From IMG/VR virus record IMGVR_UViG_3300025400_000015, positions 967 to 64,966 of that record: DNA of 64,000 bases, one strand, 5' to 3'. Under the pieces are notes generated by a model. The model did not search any database. It was not told where the DNA came from and worked only from the letters and a program-made list of their open reading frames with translations. Every line of letters starts with the position of its first letter. Position 1 is the stretch's first letter. Source of the DNA: a virus (taxonomy: Duplodnaviria; Caudoviricetes). Both the position numbers and the translations under genes were made by a program. Shown piece by piece: positions 1 through 7,888 of the stretch.

Positions 1-1695
1 GGAAGTGCTAAGCACGTTGGAGCCCGAGCCGGTCGAGGTTGTCACGCCGGTTCCGCCGTTAGCCACTGGCAGGGTTCCGGTGACGCCGGTAGCCAGTGAG
101 ACGTTGGTAATCGTGTTCGTCGAGCCGGAGATTGACTTGTTCGTCAGGGTGTCCGTAGTGACACGTCCGACTAGGGTGTCCGACGAACTCGGCATCGCTA
201 TAGTCACAGTGGTAGTGGCATTCGCATCAATGATTGTTGTACCAGTTGCACCGCCAATAACTCCATTTGACAGGTAGATTTGGCCTGGGTACGCCGAGCC
301 TCCGTTGTTGCCGAACGTTGGGGAGTTGCTAAGAACTAACGAGCCAGTGCCAGTCGAGGTGGTCGTGCCGGTTCCGCCGTTGCCGACAGGCAGGGTTCCG
401 GTGACGCCAGTACTTAGTGGCAGGCCGGTGCCGTTCGTAAGGGTGACGCTCGAAGGAGTGCCCAGGCTAGGGGTCGAGGAAAGGGCAAACGTAGTCTGAC
501 CGTTGGCGTAGGTAACAACGATGTTGCCGCTGCTGTCGGTGTTGAGCGAGGCAACAGCAGACGCCCAGTTGCTTGTCGTTTCCGTAACACCAAACCAGTA
601 CGCACCTGGGGCGATCCAAATAGGGCTGTTCGCGCTTGCGCCGTCAATACTTTGGCTGCCACCAATGCACGGCCAGATAGGAAGCCAGTGCGTGCTGTCG
701 GTGTTATCAACCCAAACGGTCTGGCCGGTCGATGAGATGTAGGGCAGGTGGACACCCGTGCCTGAACCACCGTTGGTTGTAGCAGTCGCGCCAGAAACAA
801 TGTTGTAGTTGTACGTCAGCGCCGCCACGCTCGTCTGCGAAGAGCCTGTGGCGGTGATGGTGCCAATGGTGCCAACCGTGCCGCTGCCAGCAGTGATGGT
901 GGTGTTCGTTACGGCGGTGACGCGACCATAAGCGTCCGTGGTGATAACCGGAACCTGCGTGGCCGACCCATACGTACCAGCGGTACCAGCGGTCGACAAG
1001 CCAATGTTGGCCGAGGTGCTGGTGCCGGAGTTGGTGATTGGTGCCGTGACAGCGATGACGCCAGACGGACCCTGAGCGCCCGTGGCGCCGGTAGCACCAG
1101 TTGCACCAGCGGGGCCTGTAGCGCCAGTAGAGCCCGTAGCACCCTGGGGTATGGTGAAGTTAAAGACAGCAGCAGAACTCGTCCCAGAGTTCGTTACAGA
1201 CGCGCTGGTGCCTGCTGCGCCTGTGGTGGTAGAGCCGACTGAGATGGTGGCGGCTGCACCGGCTGCACCCGTGGCACCAGTAGAACCGGCTGGTCCGGTG
1301 GCACCAGTGGCACCAGCAGGGCCCGTAGATCCAGTAGGCCCAGCGGGGCCCGTAGGACCGGCAGGGCCAGTGGGACCAACAGGGCCAGTAGCACCCGTTG
1401 CGCCTTGCGTGAGGACGAGGGAGTCGTCGAGGGTCCAGTAGGTCTGGCCGTTGAACGTCACAGCCACGTAGTAAGCGTCAATGGCGACGGTCATCTCCCA
1501 CTGGCCGGGGCCACCAAACGCGGTGCCGGTGGTGACAGGGCCAAAGACATTGGTGCCGGAAGTACCGGTGGTGGGGGGCGACTGCCCGGCGACTGGCTCG
1601 GACGTGAAGAGAGAAGTGCTGTAGGCATACACCTGTGCGCCGTTAAACGCACCCGATGGGCCAAAGACTACACCTGACAGGATTCCCGTTGTCAT
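1..1695 (-). CDS. Tail fibre with collagen-like Gly-X-Y repeats (3' truncated; not in ORF track)
   Basis: Hand translation from ATG 1695: [30 protein letters not shown], nearly the same as the N-terminus of 40973..44434. [16 protein letters not shown] repeats at about 1065-1405. Frame open to the window edge. Confidence 0.88.
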   Translation of the reverse strand, partial: MTTGILSGVVFGPSGAFNGAQVYAYSTSLFTSEPVAGQSPPTTGTSGTNVFGPVTTGTAFGGPGQWEMTVAIDAYYVAVTFNGQTYWTLDDSLVLTQGATGATGPVGPTGPAGPTGPAGPTGSTGPAGATGATGPAGSTGATGAAGAAATISVGSTTTGAAGTSASVTNSGTSSAAVFNFTIPQGATGSTGATGPAGATGATGATGAQGPSGVIAVTAPITNSGTSTSANIGLSTAGTAGTYGSATQVPVITTDAYGRVTAVTNTTITAGSGTVGTIGTITATGSSQTSVAALTYNYNIVSGATATTNGGSGTGVHLPYISSTGQTVWVDNTDSTHWLPIWPCIGGSQSIDGASANSPIWIAPGAYWFGVTETTSNWASAVASLNTDSSGNIVVTYANGQTTFALSSTPSLGTPSSVTLTNGTGLPLSTGVTGTLPVGNGGTGTTTSTGTGSLVLSNSPTFGNNGGSAYPGQIYLSNGVIGGATGTTIIDANATTTVTIAMPSSSDTLVGRVTTDTLTNKSISGSTNTITNVSLATGVTGTLPVANGGTGVTTSTGSGSNVLSTS

Positions 1696-2033
1696 TAGAT
1701 CACTGACTCACCTTTATTGATTGCGGCCTGTGTTTCATCAAGTCGGCGGCCCAGCTTGGCGTCGCCCTTAAGGGACGTGTTGGTTTCAACTTCCCACTTT
1801 GAATTGGCTCGTGCTTCAAGAGCAGCCGACCCCTTGACCGACTTTGGCTGCAAGCCGTTGAAGCGCAGGCGCTTGTATGCGGCCACGTCCTTGTGCTGGG
1901 CTTTTGTGGCCTGCTCAGTGGCGGCAGCGGTTGATCGTGTAGGCATTGCCGTAGCAGCAAATGCGACAGAAGATGCCTTGCATCCAAAACAGTCGGGGAT
2001 GCAGAGTCCTTGGTTGTGGGGGATAGCGGTCAT
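1695..2033 (-). CDS. Conserved phage protein with N-terminal CxxxCxxC motif
   Basis: Homologue at 44434..44769; TAATG-coupled to tail fibre. Confidence 0.8.
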   Translation of the reverse strand: MTAIPHNQGLCIPDCFGCKASSVAFAATAMPTRSTAAATEQATKAQHKDVAAYKRLRFNGLQPKSVKGSAALEARANSKWEVETNTSLKGDAKLGRRLDETQAAINKGESVI

Positions 2034-2410
2034 TTGATGAGTGCTCCGTAACCAGCGGCAGTCAGGGCCGTGACTTCCGCGGCAGTGATTTCTGTAGGCC
2101 CTAGGTATACTTTAGTAATCCAAGGGTTCTGAGATACGACGTTCTTAACCTCAACGCGGTTGGTGTAGTCGTGGTAATACGATGTTGAGTACGGCGCAGA
2201 TGGATCCCACGGGTTGTAGGGGTACGGAATGTTCGTGTTGGAATTTTCTGCCGAAGCAGTGTCCTGAACGAACGTGCCATCACTCAACGCAAAAACATTG
2301 ATGTACCGAGGGCGGTTAGAAAAGTACCGAAAAAGCCGGTTCGACAACCCGCCCATTGCAGGAAGAATGGGCGGGTTGTCGTACGCGACTGGCGGAGTGA
2401 ATATTGCCAC
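2030..2410 (-). CDS. Putative virion structural protein
   Basis: Homologue at 44766..45221 (FTPP.AYDNPPILP...NRLFRYF). Confidence 0.8.
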   Translation of the reverse strand: MAIFTPPVAYDNPPILPAMGGLSNRLFRYFSNRPRYINVFALSDGTFVQDTASAENSNTNIPYPYNPWDPSAPYSTSYYHDYTNRVEVKNVVSQNPWITKVYLGPTEITAAEVTALTAAGYGALIK

Positions 2411-2416
2411 TCCGGA

Positions 2417-2647
2417 CTACTTTCGACCTTGTGCTCCAAGACGGAGTGCGGCTTCGGTGTCCGTGGTGCCACGACCACCAGTGGTCTGGATCTCGGGACG
2501 TGGGCCGGTGGCGTCACCAACAGGCATGTTCACACGATCGCCACCCATCTGGCTCTGCTCAAGCAGAGTGGTTGGGCGGAAGTCGGCTACTTGCTTGCTA
2601 TGCTTGCCCGAGTCAACACTGTATTCGGCATCGAAACGGCTAGGCAT
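2417..2647 (-). CDS. Small conserved phage protein
   Basis: Homologue at 45231..45458 (MPSRFDA...RPTTLLEQSQMG). Confidence 0.8.
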   Translation of the reverse strand: MPSRFDAEYSVDSGKHSKQVADFRPTTLLEQSQMGGDRVNMPVGDATGPRPEIQTTGGRGTTDTEAALRLGAQGRK

Positions 2648-2904
2648 TAGTTGTCCTCCCGAACCTTAAATGGCATAACTTCTGGCTGCAGTGAAGCGAC
2701 ACCGTACTCGATTTGATTGATGCCAGTGATCATCGGGGCCATGTGTCCACCACGGTTGGTGTTTGCCTCAATGCCACGGTTTGCGGGGCCAGATGTTACC
2801 TGTGAAGTTACAGGCGTAGGAATGATGCCGGTGTCAATGCTGTTGGCACCCGTGCTACGCAGGTCGTATTCCGAGATTTGCTTGAAGGATGAGCGTGATT
2901 CCAT
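2647..2904 (-). CDS. Small conserved phage protein
   Basis: Homologue at 45458..45715 (SGPANRGIE, PEV.PFKVRED). Confidence 0.8.
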   Translation of the reverse strand: MESRSSFKQISEYDLRSTGANSIDTGIIPTPVTSQVTSGPANRGIEANTNRGGHMAPMITGINQIEYGVASLQPEVMPFKVREDN

Positions 2905-3515
2905 TAGAGTCCTGTTCCTGGTGCGCTTTGAATGTGGCCACGCATAGCGGCACCTGCGTTTGGAGCGGCAACGACGCCGTGACCGTTAGGGGTCACTGAG
3001 CCACTGCCACCTTCAGCGTGGTTTTCTAGACCGCGAGAGTACCGACGAGGGGCACTGCCACCACCGCCCAATCCGAAGAATGAGCCAATGTCGTCTGCAA
3101 CAGAAGCAACATCGTGACGAGCACGGTCAAAGCCGCTAGCAATACCGTGGCCTACTGAAGCAACATCGTGACGCCCGCGGTCGAAACCACCGGCAATTGC
3201 TTCGCCATCATCTTCCCAACCATCTTCTTCGACCGCGCTCCTGTACGCGGCGTAGTTTTGGCCCTGCCCACCACGGCCCGGAAGGTCTGCGCCAACAACA
3301 CCATTGGTGTCGCCCTTGAGGGTAATGCCTTTACTTACGTTTTCACGATACTGGTCCCAGGTCATGTCCCCAATTTCGGAGGGGCGGCTCATACCGGTTG
3401 AGCGCGGAGTAGTTCCTCCGTCGTATCCGGCAGGGACCTTTGCGGTGGGGTACGGTGGAAGGTCAGCGTTGATTTGAGCGCGAGTCGGTCCGGTGTTTTT
3501 CTTGCCTCCAGCCAT
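2904..3515 (-). CDS. Gly-rich hypothetical protein, copy A only
   Basis: TAATG overlaps on both sides (start MAGGKK at 3515); absent at the equivalent junction in copy B. Confidence 0.7.
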   Translation of the reverse strand: MAGGKKNTGPTRAQINADLPPYPTAKVPAGYDGGTTPRSTGMSRPSEIGDMTWDQYRENVSKGITLKGDTNGVVGADLPGRGGQGQNYAAYRSAVEEDGWEDDGEAIAGGFDRGRHDVASVGHGIASGFDRARHDVASVADDIGSFFGLGGGGSAPRRYSRGLENHAEGGSGSVTPNGHGVVAAPNAGAAMRGHIQSAPGTGL

Positions 3516-3694
3516 TACTTCCACCTTGCGTCGGTCATGTCACAGCAGCCGCAATAACATGGGTCGGATGTTTCGCCTTTTACGGCGCGTGAATCGTTTG
3601 CCGCAGCAGCGGCAACCCGGTTGAATGAGCGTCCGGGGATTGGGTCAGCGGCGTCAAGGCCGCGTCGTAGGCCAAGGCCTGTGGGTACAGTCAT
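3515..3694 (-). CDS. Small protein with C-terminal CxCxxC motif
   Basis: MTVPTGLGL... start at 3694; same-length homologue at 45715..45894. Confidence 0.75.
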   Translation of the reverse strand: MTVPTGLGLRRGLDAADPIPGRSFNRVAAAAANDSRAVKGETSDPCYCGCCDMTDARWK

Positions 3695-3873
3695 GCTTGC
3701 TCCTGTGCGTGTTCGTTTTGGCTCGGAAGTTCTTCCGAAGTGAACTGGTGGGAAAGGGGGACGAGTACGCCATGAAGGTTCGTAAGCCGCCCGCATTGCA
3801 GGCAGTGGATCTCATCGATCCCTGCCTGCACGTCGCGAGAACCGCAGGCGGCACAACTACGAGGCCATGGCAT
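3691..3873 (-). CDS. Small zinc-ribbon protein (CxxC...CxxC)
   Basis: Homologue at 45903..46085. Confidence 0.75.
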   Translation of the reverse strand: MPWPRSCAACGSRDVQAGIDEIHCLQCGRLTNLHGVLVPLSHQFTSEELPSQNEHAQEQA

Positions 3874-3894
3874 ACCCGTCCCCTATTCCAACTA

Positions 3895-5190
3895 CTAGGC
3901 CGCTGGGGTTGAGACCGTGGGCGAGCCGAGGGTTCCGACGCTGGTAACGCCAGGAATGACCACGTTGAAGGTGTAGGCAGTCGGGTTGACCGCGGTGACC
4001 TGGAACGTACCGTTGAGGTTGGTGTTCGTAGCGCTTGCGATGGTGACGGTTGCGTCCGTTGAGAACGGAGGAACAGTCGTGCCCGTGGTGAACTGGAAGG
4101 TGTTTGCGCCGACGTACGAAGCAGCGGTGATGCTGGTCGACGTAGCGGAGCCTTCGCCCGTGTTCACAGAGGGGTTGAACTGGGAGCTGGAGAGGTCCGT
4201 GCCCAGGATCGAGGTCGATTCAAGGCGGATGACCGAGGCCTGACGGAAGATACCGTAGGCGCCCAACCAGTACCAACCCAGCGGCACGAAGCGGCGCAGG
4301 CGGTCAGTGATCGGACCGGGAACAACGTGTGGGTACGCGCCGTTGCCGTCGATCATCGAGTAGGCCTTGGCCAGCGACTGGCGACCAACGATGATGGTGC
4401 CGTAAACGTTGGCCGACGAAGCACCAGCACCCGTGTAGATCGGGGCACGTGGGGTTTCGATCCAGCGAACGCCTTCGAAGGCACCCAGCTCACCCGTCCA
4501 GATTTCACCCGGCTGGGCGTAGACGTGTGGTGCACGCCAGCCCTGGATGTTCGAGGAACCTACGGTTTCACCCTGGAGGTCAGCAACAAGGTCAGGGTGG
4601 ATGTAGCCAACGTACATACCGCCGAACGTAGGCACGTTCTGCGAGCGCAGACGAGCGCGAGCGACGCGGATGTCAAACGCCGAAATGGTGTTGCCAGGCG
4701 AAGAGGAGCTGGACCAAGCGGCCAGGCTTGAACGAGCAGTCACCGAGCTAAGCGACGTAGCGCCAAGACCGTTGGTGTACTGCACGTTGGTGCCGGAGTC
4801 CAGAGCAGCGCGGGCAAGGGTGTCCAAGGACACACCAGCGTTGTAACCAACTACGTTGGCTACAACGGGGTCAATGTCCACGAACGAGGTGCCACGCAGC
4901 TTGGCAGTGGTCAGCACAGCGTTACCGTATTCAGCCAAAGTCAGCGAGACCTGCGAGTCTGAAAGGGCAACAGCCGAAACGTCGGTGGTTTCGCCAAGAG
5001 CCGACGTGTTGATCGACAGGTCGTTGACGATGGTGAACGTTACCGAGGCACCAGGCATCGACTGTGCAGTGGGCTGCACGTCAGCGGCGGCGTCGAAGTA
5101 AAGTTCTGGGCGGAGGGCGAAGTATGCCAGTCGGTCATACGCCGCCTTTGAAAAGTCCAGTGTGGACTGGCCTGTGTAGGCGTCAGTCAT
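3895..5190 (-). CDS. Major capsid protein (N4-gp56-like/HK97 fold) with C-terminal beta-rich extension
   Basis: Follows scaffold; EYGNAVLTTAKL, YVGYIHP, GELGAFEGVRWIET, DRLRRFVPLGWY motifs; GAAAGGA RBS; highly similar to 46107..47480. Confidence 0.88.
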   Translation of the reverse strand: MTDAYTGQSTLDFSKAAYDRLAYFALRPELYFDAAADVQPTAQSMPGASVTFTIVNDLSINTSALGETTDVSAVALSDSQVSLTLAEYGNAVLTTAKLRGTSFVDIDPVVANVVGYNAGVSLDTLARAALDSGTNVQYTNGLGATSLSSVTARSSLAAWSSSSSPGNTISAFDIRVARARLRSQNVPTFGGMYVGYIHPDLVADLQGETVGSSNIQGWRAPHVYAQPGEIWTGELGAFEGVRWIETPRAPIYTGAGASSANVYGTIIVGRQSLAKAYSMIDGNGAYPHVVPGPITDRLRRFVPLGWYWLGAYGIFRQASVIRLESTSILGTDLSSSQFNPSVNTGEGSATSTSITAASYVGANTFQFTTGTTVPPFSTDATVTIASATNTNLNGTFQVTAVNPTAYTFNVVIPGVTSVGTLGSPTVSTPAA

Positions 5191-5223
5191 TAGGGGTAAT
5201 TCCTTTCGGGGTTAGTGAAAGGC

Positions 5224-5703
5224 TTAGTACATCCCCGTGGTAGTGACCCCGACCTTTCGGCCTAGTTCACCAGAGCTGATCCGCATGATTTCCTCAACCG
5301 TAGTAGCGTTGGCCAAAGCGGCGAGGTACTCCTGCTGGGCGTCTGGCGTAGCGCCAACCGAACCAATAGTCGCACCTTGCGCACGGCGCAGGGCTTCGAG
5401 TTCAGGGTCATTCGACTGTTCGACAGGCTGGGGCTGGGAGTCCAAGATGCCGTACTCGCGGGCCTTGGCGCGGATCGCGTCTAGGTCTGCTTCGCCACGG
5501 TATGCGTCACGGAAAAGGTTTCCGAGAGGCGTATCTGGGATTCCTGCCTTGGCCAAAAGAACATCGCGTCTTGAGTTTTCAAGTTCGTGGCGCATGTGCT
5601 CCAGTTCCTTGCGGGCCTTCTCGGCCTCCCGCAACTGACGCCGAATGTTCGGGTCTAGCGGCTGGTTCGAAGTCTCTTCGTCAAGCTCGTCGTCGTATGC
5701 CAT
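5224..5703 (-). CDS. Capsid scaffolding protein
   Basis: Acidic N-terminus, coiled coil (IRRQLREAEKARKELE), immediately upstream of capsid; AAGGAG RBS. Confidence 0.75.
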   Translation of the reverse strand: MAYDDELDEETSNQPLDPNIRRQLREAEKARKELEHMRHELENSRRDVLLAKAGIPDTPLGNLFRDAYRGEADLDAIRAKAREYGILDSQPQPVEQSNDPELEALRRAQGATIGSVGATPDAQQEYLAALANATTVEEIMRISSGELGRKVGVTTTGMY

Positions 5704-5852
5704 GCAGTTCGCTCCTTACGGGTACGCACTTTGCCAAGAGGGTAACAAAGCGGAAAATCAATTGTGATGCACGCTGGTACGCACCAAGGTTGTGCAACCC
5801 TTGGCGGGTTAGGGACCAGCGCGCCTGCGGCCAAACAGGGCCAATCACCTAC
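5704..5852 (-). ncRNA. Candidate structured 5' leader RNA of scaffold/capsid operon (copy A)
   Basis: Intergenic sequence nearly identical to 47994-48141, with compensatory CCAAGG/CCTTGG vs TAAAGG/CCTTTA stem change. Confidence 0.65.
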
Positions 5853-5856
5853 TTAG

Positions 5857-5886
5857 ATTGTACAGTAGGGGACCCTAGATGTTACG
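5857..5886 (-). promoter_or_regulatory. Putative late promoter CGTAAC-N18-TACAAT
   Basis: Both hexamers and the spacing are conserved at 48146-48175 while the spacer diverges. Confidence 0.65.
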
Positions 5887-7386
5887 CTACACGCGAGCGG
5901 AACCAAGACCAACGACGCCCTTTTGGTTTTCAGCGTAACCACCACCCTTTTCAAACGGAGCAGCGCGGCCCTGTTCGGCACGGGCCACTTCCGTCTGTGC
6001 GACAACCTGGTTGGTGCCCTGAAAGCCTGCAAGGTTGGCGGCAATAAGGGTGTTGGTGTCCACGGTGGGGGTAGCCTGCCCAGGAAGGTTCTTGGTCAAA
6101 GCCACGTCGCGGCTAGCGCTAAGCAGCGATTGTTCGATTTGGTTTACACCGTATCCCAAGCCCTGGTTTCCAACGGTGCCAGTCAGCTTGGCCATGTCGG
6201 CTGCTTGTTCGGCGCCCGTCCGCGAAAGGCCCGTAAGGCCTACACGGCTGGCGTAGTCCTGGATTTCCGTTGAGGCCACCTGGCGCTGCATCGTCTGCAA
6301 AGCAACCTTTGGGTTCATGAAGTAATGCATAAGGTTTTGCTGGGAAACACCGTATTCAGTTTGGAGCAGACGCTTTACGTTGGGGTCGGCGTTGGATACT
6401 GCAGCGTAAATGTCTGTGACTCGCTGCTGGTATTCGGCGGCCGAAACGTGGTGGTTAAGCAACTCTCCAACTTCTTGGGCGGTAGGCATTGGCGCACCGT
6501 ACTGCGTGGCCGAATTTAAAATGGCTTGCACGTACGTGCTGTACTGGGTTTCGTTCATGCGGTTGGCAGTTGGCTGGTTGTTGTATGAGGTAAGGCCTGG
6601 GTATGCCTGTTCATAGTCTTGCCTAATCTTGGCGTCAACGGCATTCCCAAGACCCGAAGGGATCTGCCCGCGCATAATGCCAGTAAGCAGTTCAACATTG
6701 GTCAAGTGATTGCCCTGCCTGGTGATCAACGCCAATACCGTGTTGGCCATCCAGCTCTTTTGCTCGGGCGTCAAGTTCCAAGATTCAATAGTGTTTTGAA
6801 TCGTGTCAAATGCGTTAACTTCTTGCGTGGCCGTAACGCTCTTGAGTCCGGCCGTAATGCCCATTTGTACGTCATTTTTTAACGCAGTAATTTGAGCATT
6901 AAGGTCTTGGTATGCCAATGGCGGGACCTTGGCAAAATTCCAATTGTTTTGTTCCAGCGTAGTAAAGATATTTTGCCAACCGGTTTTTGCGGCTGGGGTA
7001 TCTATAAAACTCAAGTCATAATATGAAGCGGCGGCGGCGGCTACGTTTGGGTAGCTGGCAGCCAGCTGGTTCATTGCTTCTTCAAAATTGCTTTTTGTAA
7101 TCGGAGCAGCGACACCTGTCGTTGGGTCCGTGTAGGTAAGCACGGTTTTTGACAAGTCGTTTTTGTTACCGCTTGAGTCAACCTGCGTGGTGCTCAAACC
7201 AAGAATGTGAAGCAAATTGCTAAGTGGGATCTGAATAAAATCCTGGCTTGCGCCAAATGGTTTAATACCAAAGCTGTTTGACGAACCAGCCGCTGGGGCG
7301 CCAGTTGCGTTAGGCGTTGTTTGGCCCACGACTCCAGGGACGCCACTAAATCCAGTAGCGCCCGTTACTCCTGTAGGTCCGGCCAT
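5887..7386 (-). CDS. Putative internal virion (ejection) protein
   Basis: Position after giant protein; C-terminal half homologous to 48176..49768 (APFEKGGGY.EN.KGV.GLGSAR). Confidence 0.7.
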   Translation of the reverse strand: MAGPTGVTGATGFSGVPGVVGQTTPNATGAPAAGSSNSFGIKPFGASQDFIQIPLSNLLHILGLSTTQVDSSGNKNDLSKTVLTYTDPTTGVAAPITKSNFEEAMNQLAASYPNVAAAAASYYDLSFIDTPAAKTGWQNIFTTLEQNNWNFAKVPPLAYQDLNAQITALKNDVQMGITAGLKSVTATQEVNAFDTIQNTIESWNLTPEQKSWMANTVLALITRQGNHLTNVELLTGIMRGQIPSGLGNAVDAKIRQDYEQAYPGLTSYNNQPTANRMNETQYSTYVQAILNSATQYGAPMPTAQEVGELLNHHVSAAEYQQRVTDIYAAVSNADPNVKRLLQTEYGVSQQNLMHYFMNPKVALQTMQRQVASTEIQDYASRVGLTGLSRTGAEQAADMAKLTGTVGNQGLGYGVNQIEQSLLSASRDVALTKNLPGQATPTVDTNTLIAANLAGFQGTNQVVAQTEVARAEQGRAAPFEKGGGYAENQKGVVGLGSARV

Positions 7387-7880
7387 TAGATGCCCAATCC
7401 TTTCTTAAGGTTGCCAAGCATCATCTCTGCGCGAGCATGTGCTTCTGGTGTGTATGCCCAGCCAAACGCTGGTTCGTTGCGAATGTGATCCTGCCATTCG
7501 CCAATTGACATTGGCACAGGTCGGCCTGTCTTGGGGTCACGGCTCCCCATCAAAGCCGCCTGGGACTTGGCGTCATTAACAAAATCTGGCTCAAAATTTT
7601 CGCCAAGCATTTGCTTTGCAACTTGACGATACGGGTCAAGCAAATATGCCGTTGGGATGCCATTGGCAATCTGCTCAGCAAACGATGGGTACAGGCCCTG
7701 CGCTGCTGTCTTGAGATAATTTTCAAAAGCGCCAACCCGTCCAGCATCGGCGCCGTCACCAGCAATTTGCTTAATAGTTTCTTCGCTCATGGGCACCTGA
7801 TAGTTGTGAGCCATCTGTGCCAATTCGGAAGAGCCCATGACCTTTTCGGCCGGGGCCTCGGGTGTTGGTGTGTCTGTCAC
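7386..7880 (-). CDS. Putative internal virion protein
   Basis: Homologue at 49768..50265 (GIPTAYLLDPYRQVAKQ). Confidence 0.7.
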   Translation of the reverse strand: MTDTPTPEAPAEKVMGSSELAQMAHNYQVPMSEETIKQIAGDGADAGRVGAFENYLKTAAQGLYPSFAEQIANGIPTAYLLDPYRQVAKQMLGENFEPDFVNDAKSQAALMGSRDPKTGRPVPMSIGEWQDHIRNEPAFGWAYTPEAHARAEMMLGNLKKGLGI

Positions 7881-7888
7881 CGTTCCTC

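Noticed and set aside
330-890. Exact terminal repeat or DGR template/variable repeat with 41340-41930
   Set aside because: The copies differ by synonymous changes and indels, not adenine-specific changes, and no reverse transcriptase is seen.
1082-1441. Pro/Ala/Val-repeat ORFs on the + strand (also 5..277 and 41154..41534)
   Set aside because: Antisense shadows of the collagen/tail-fibre frame.
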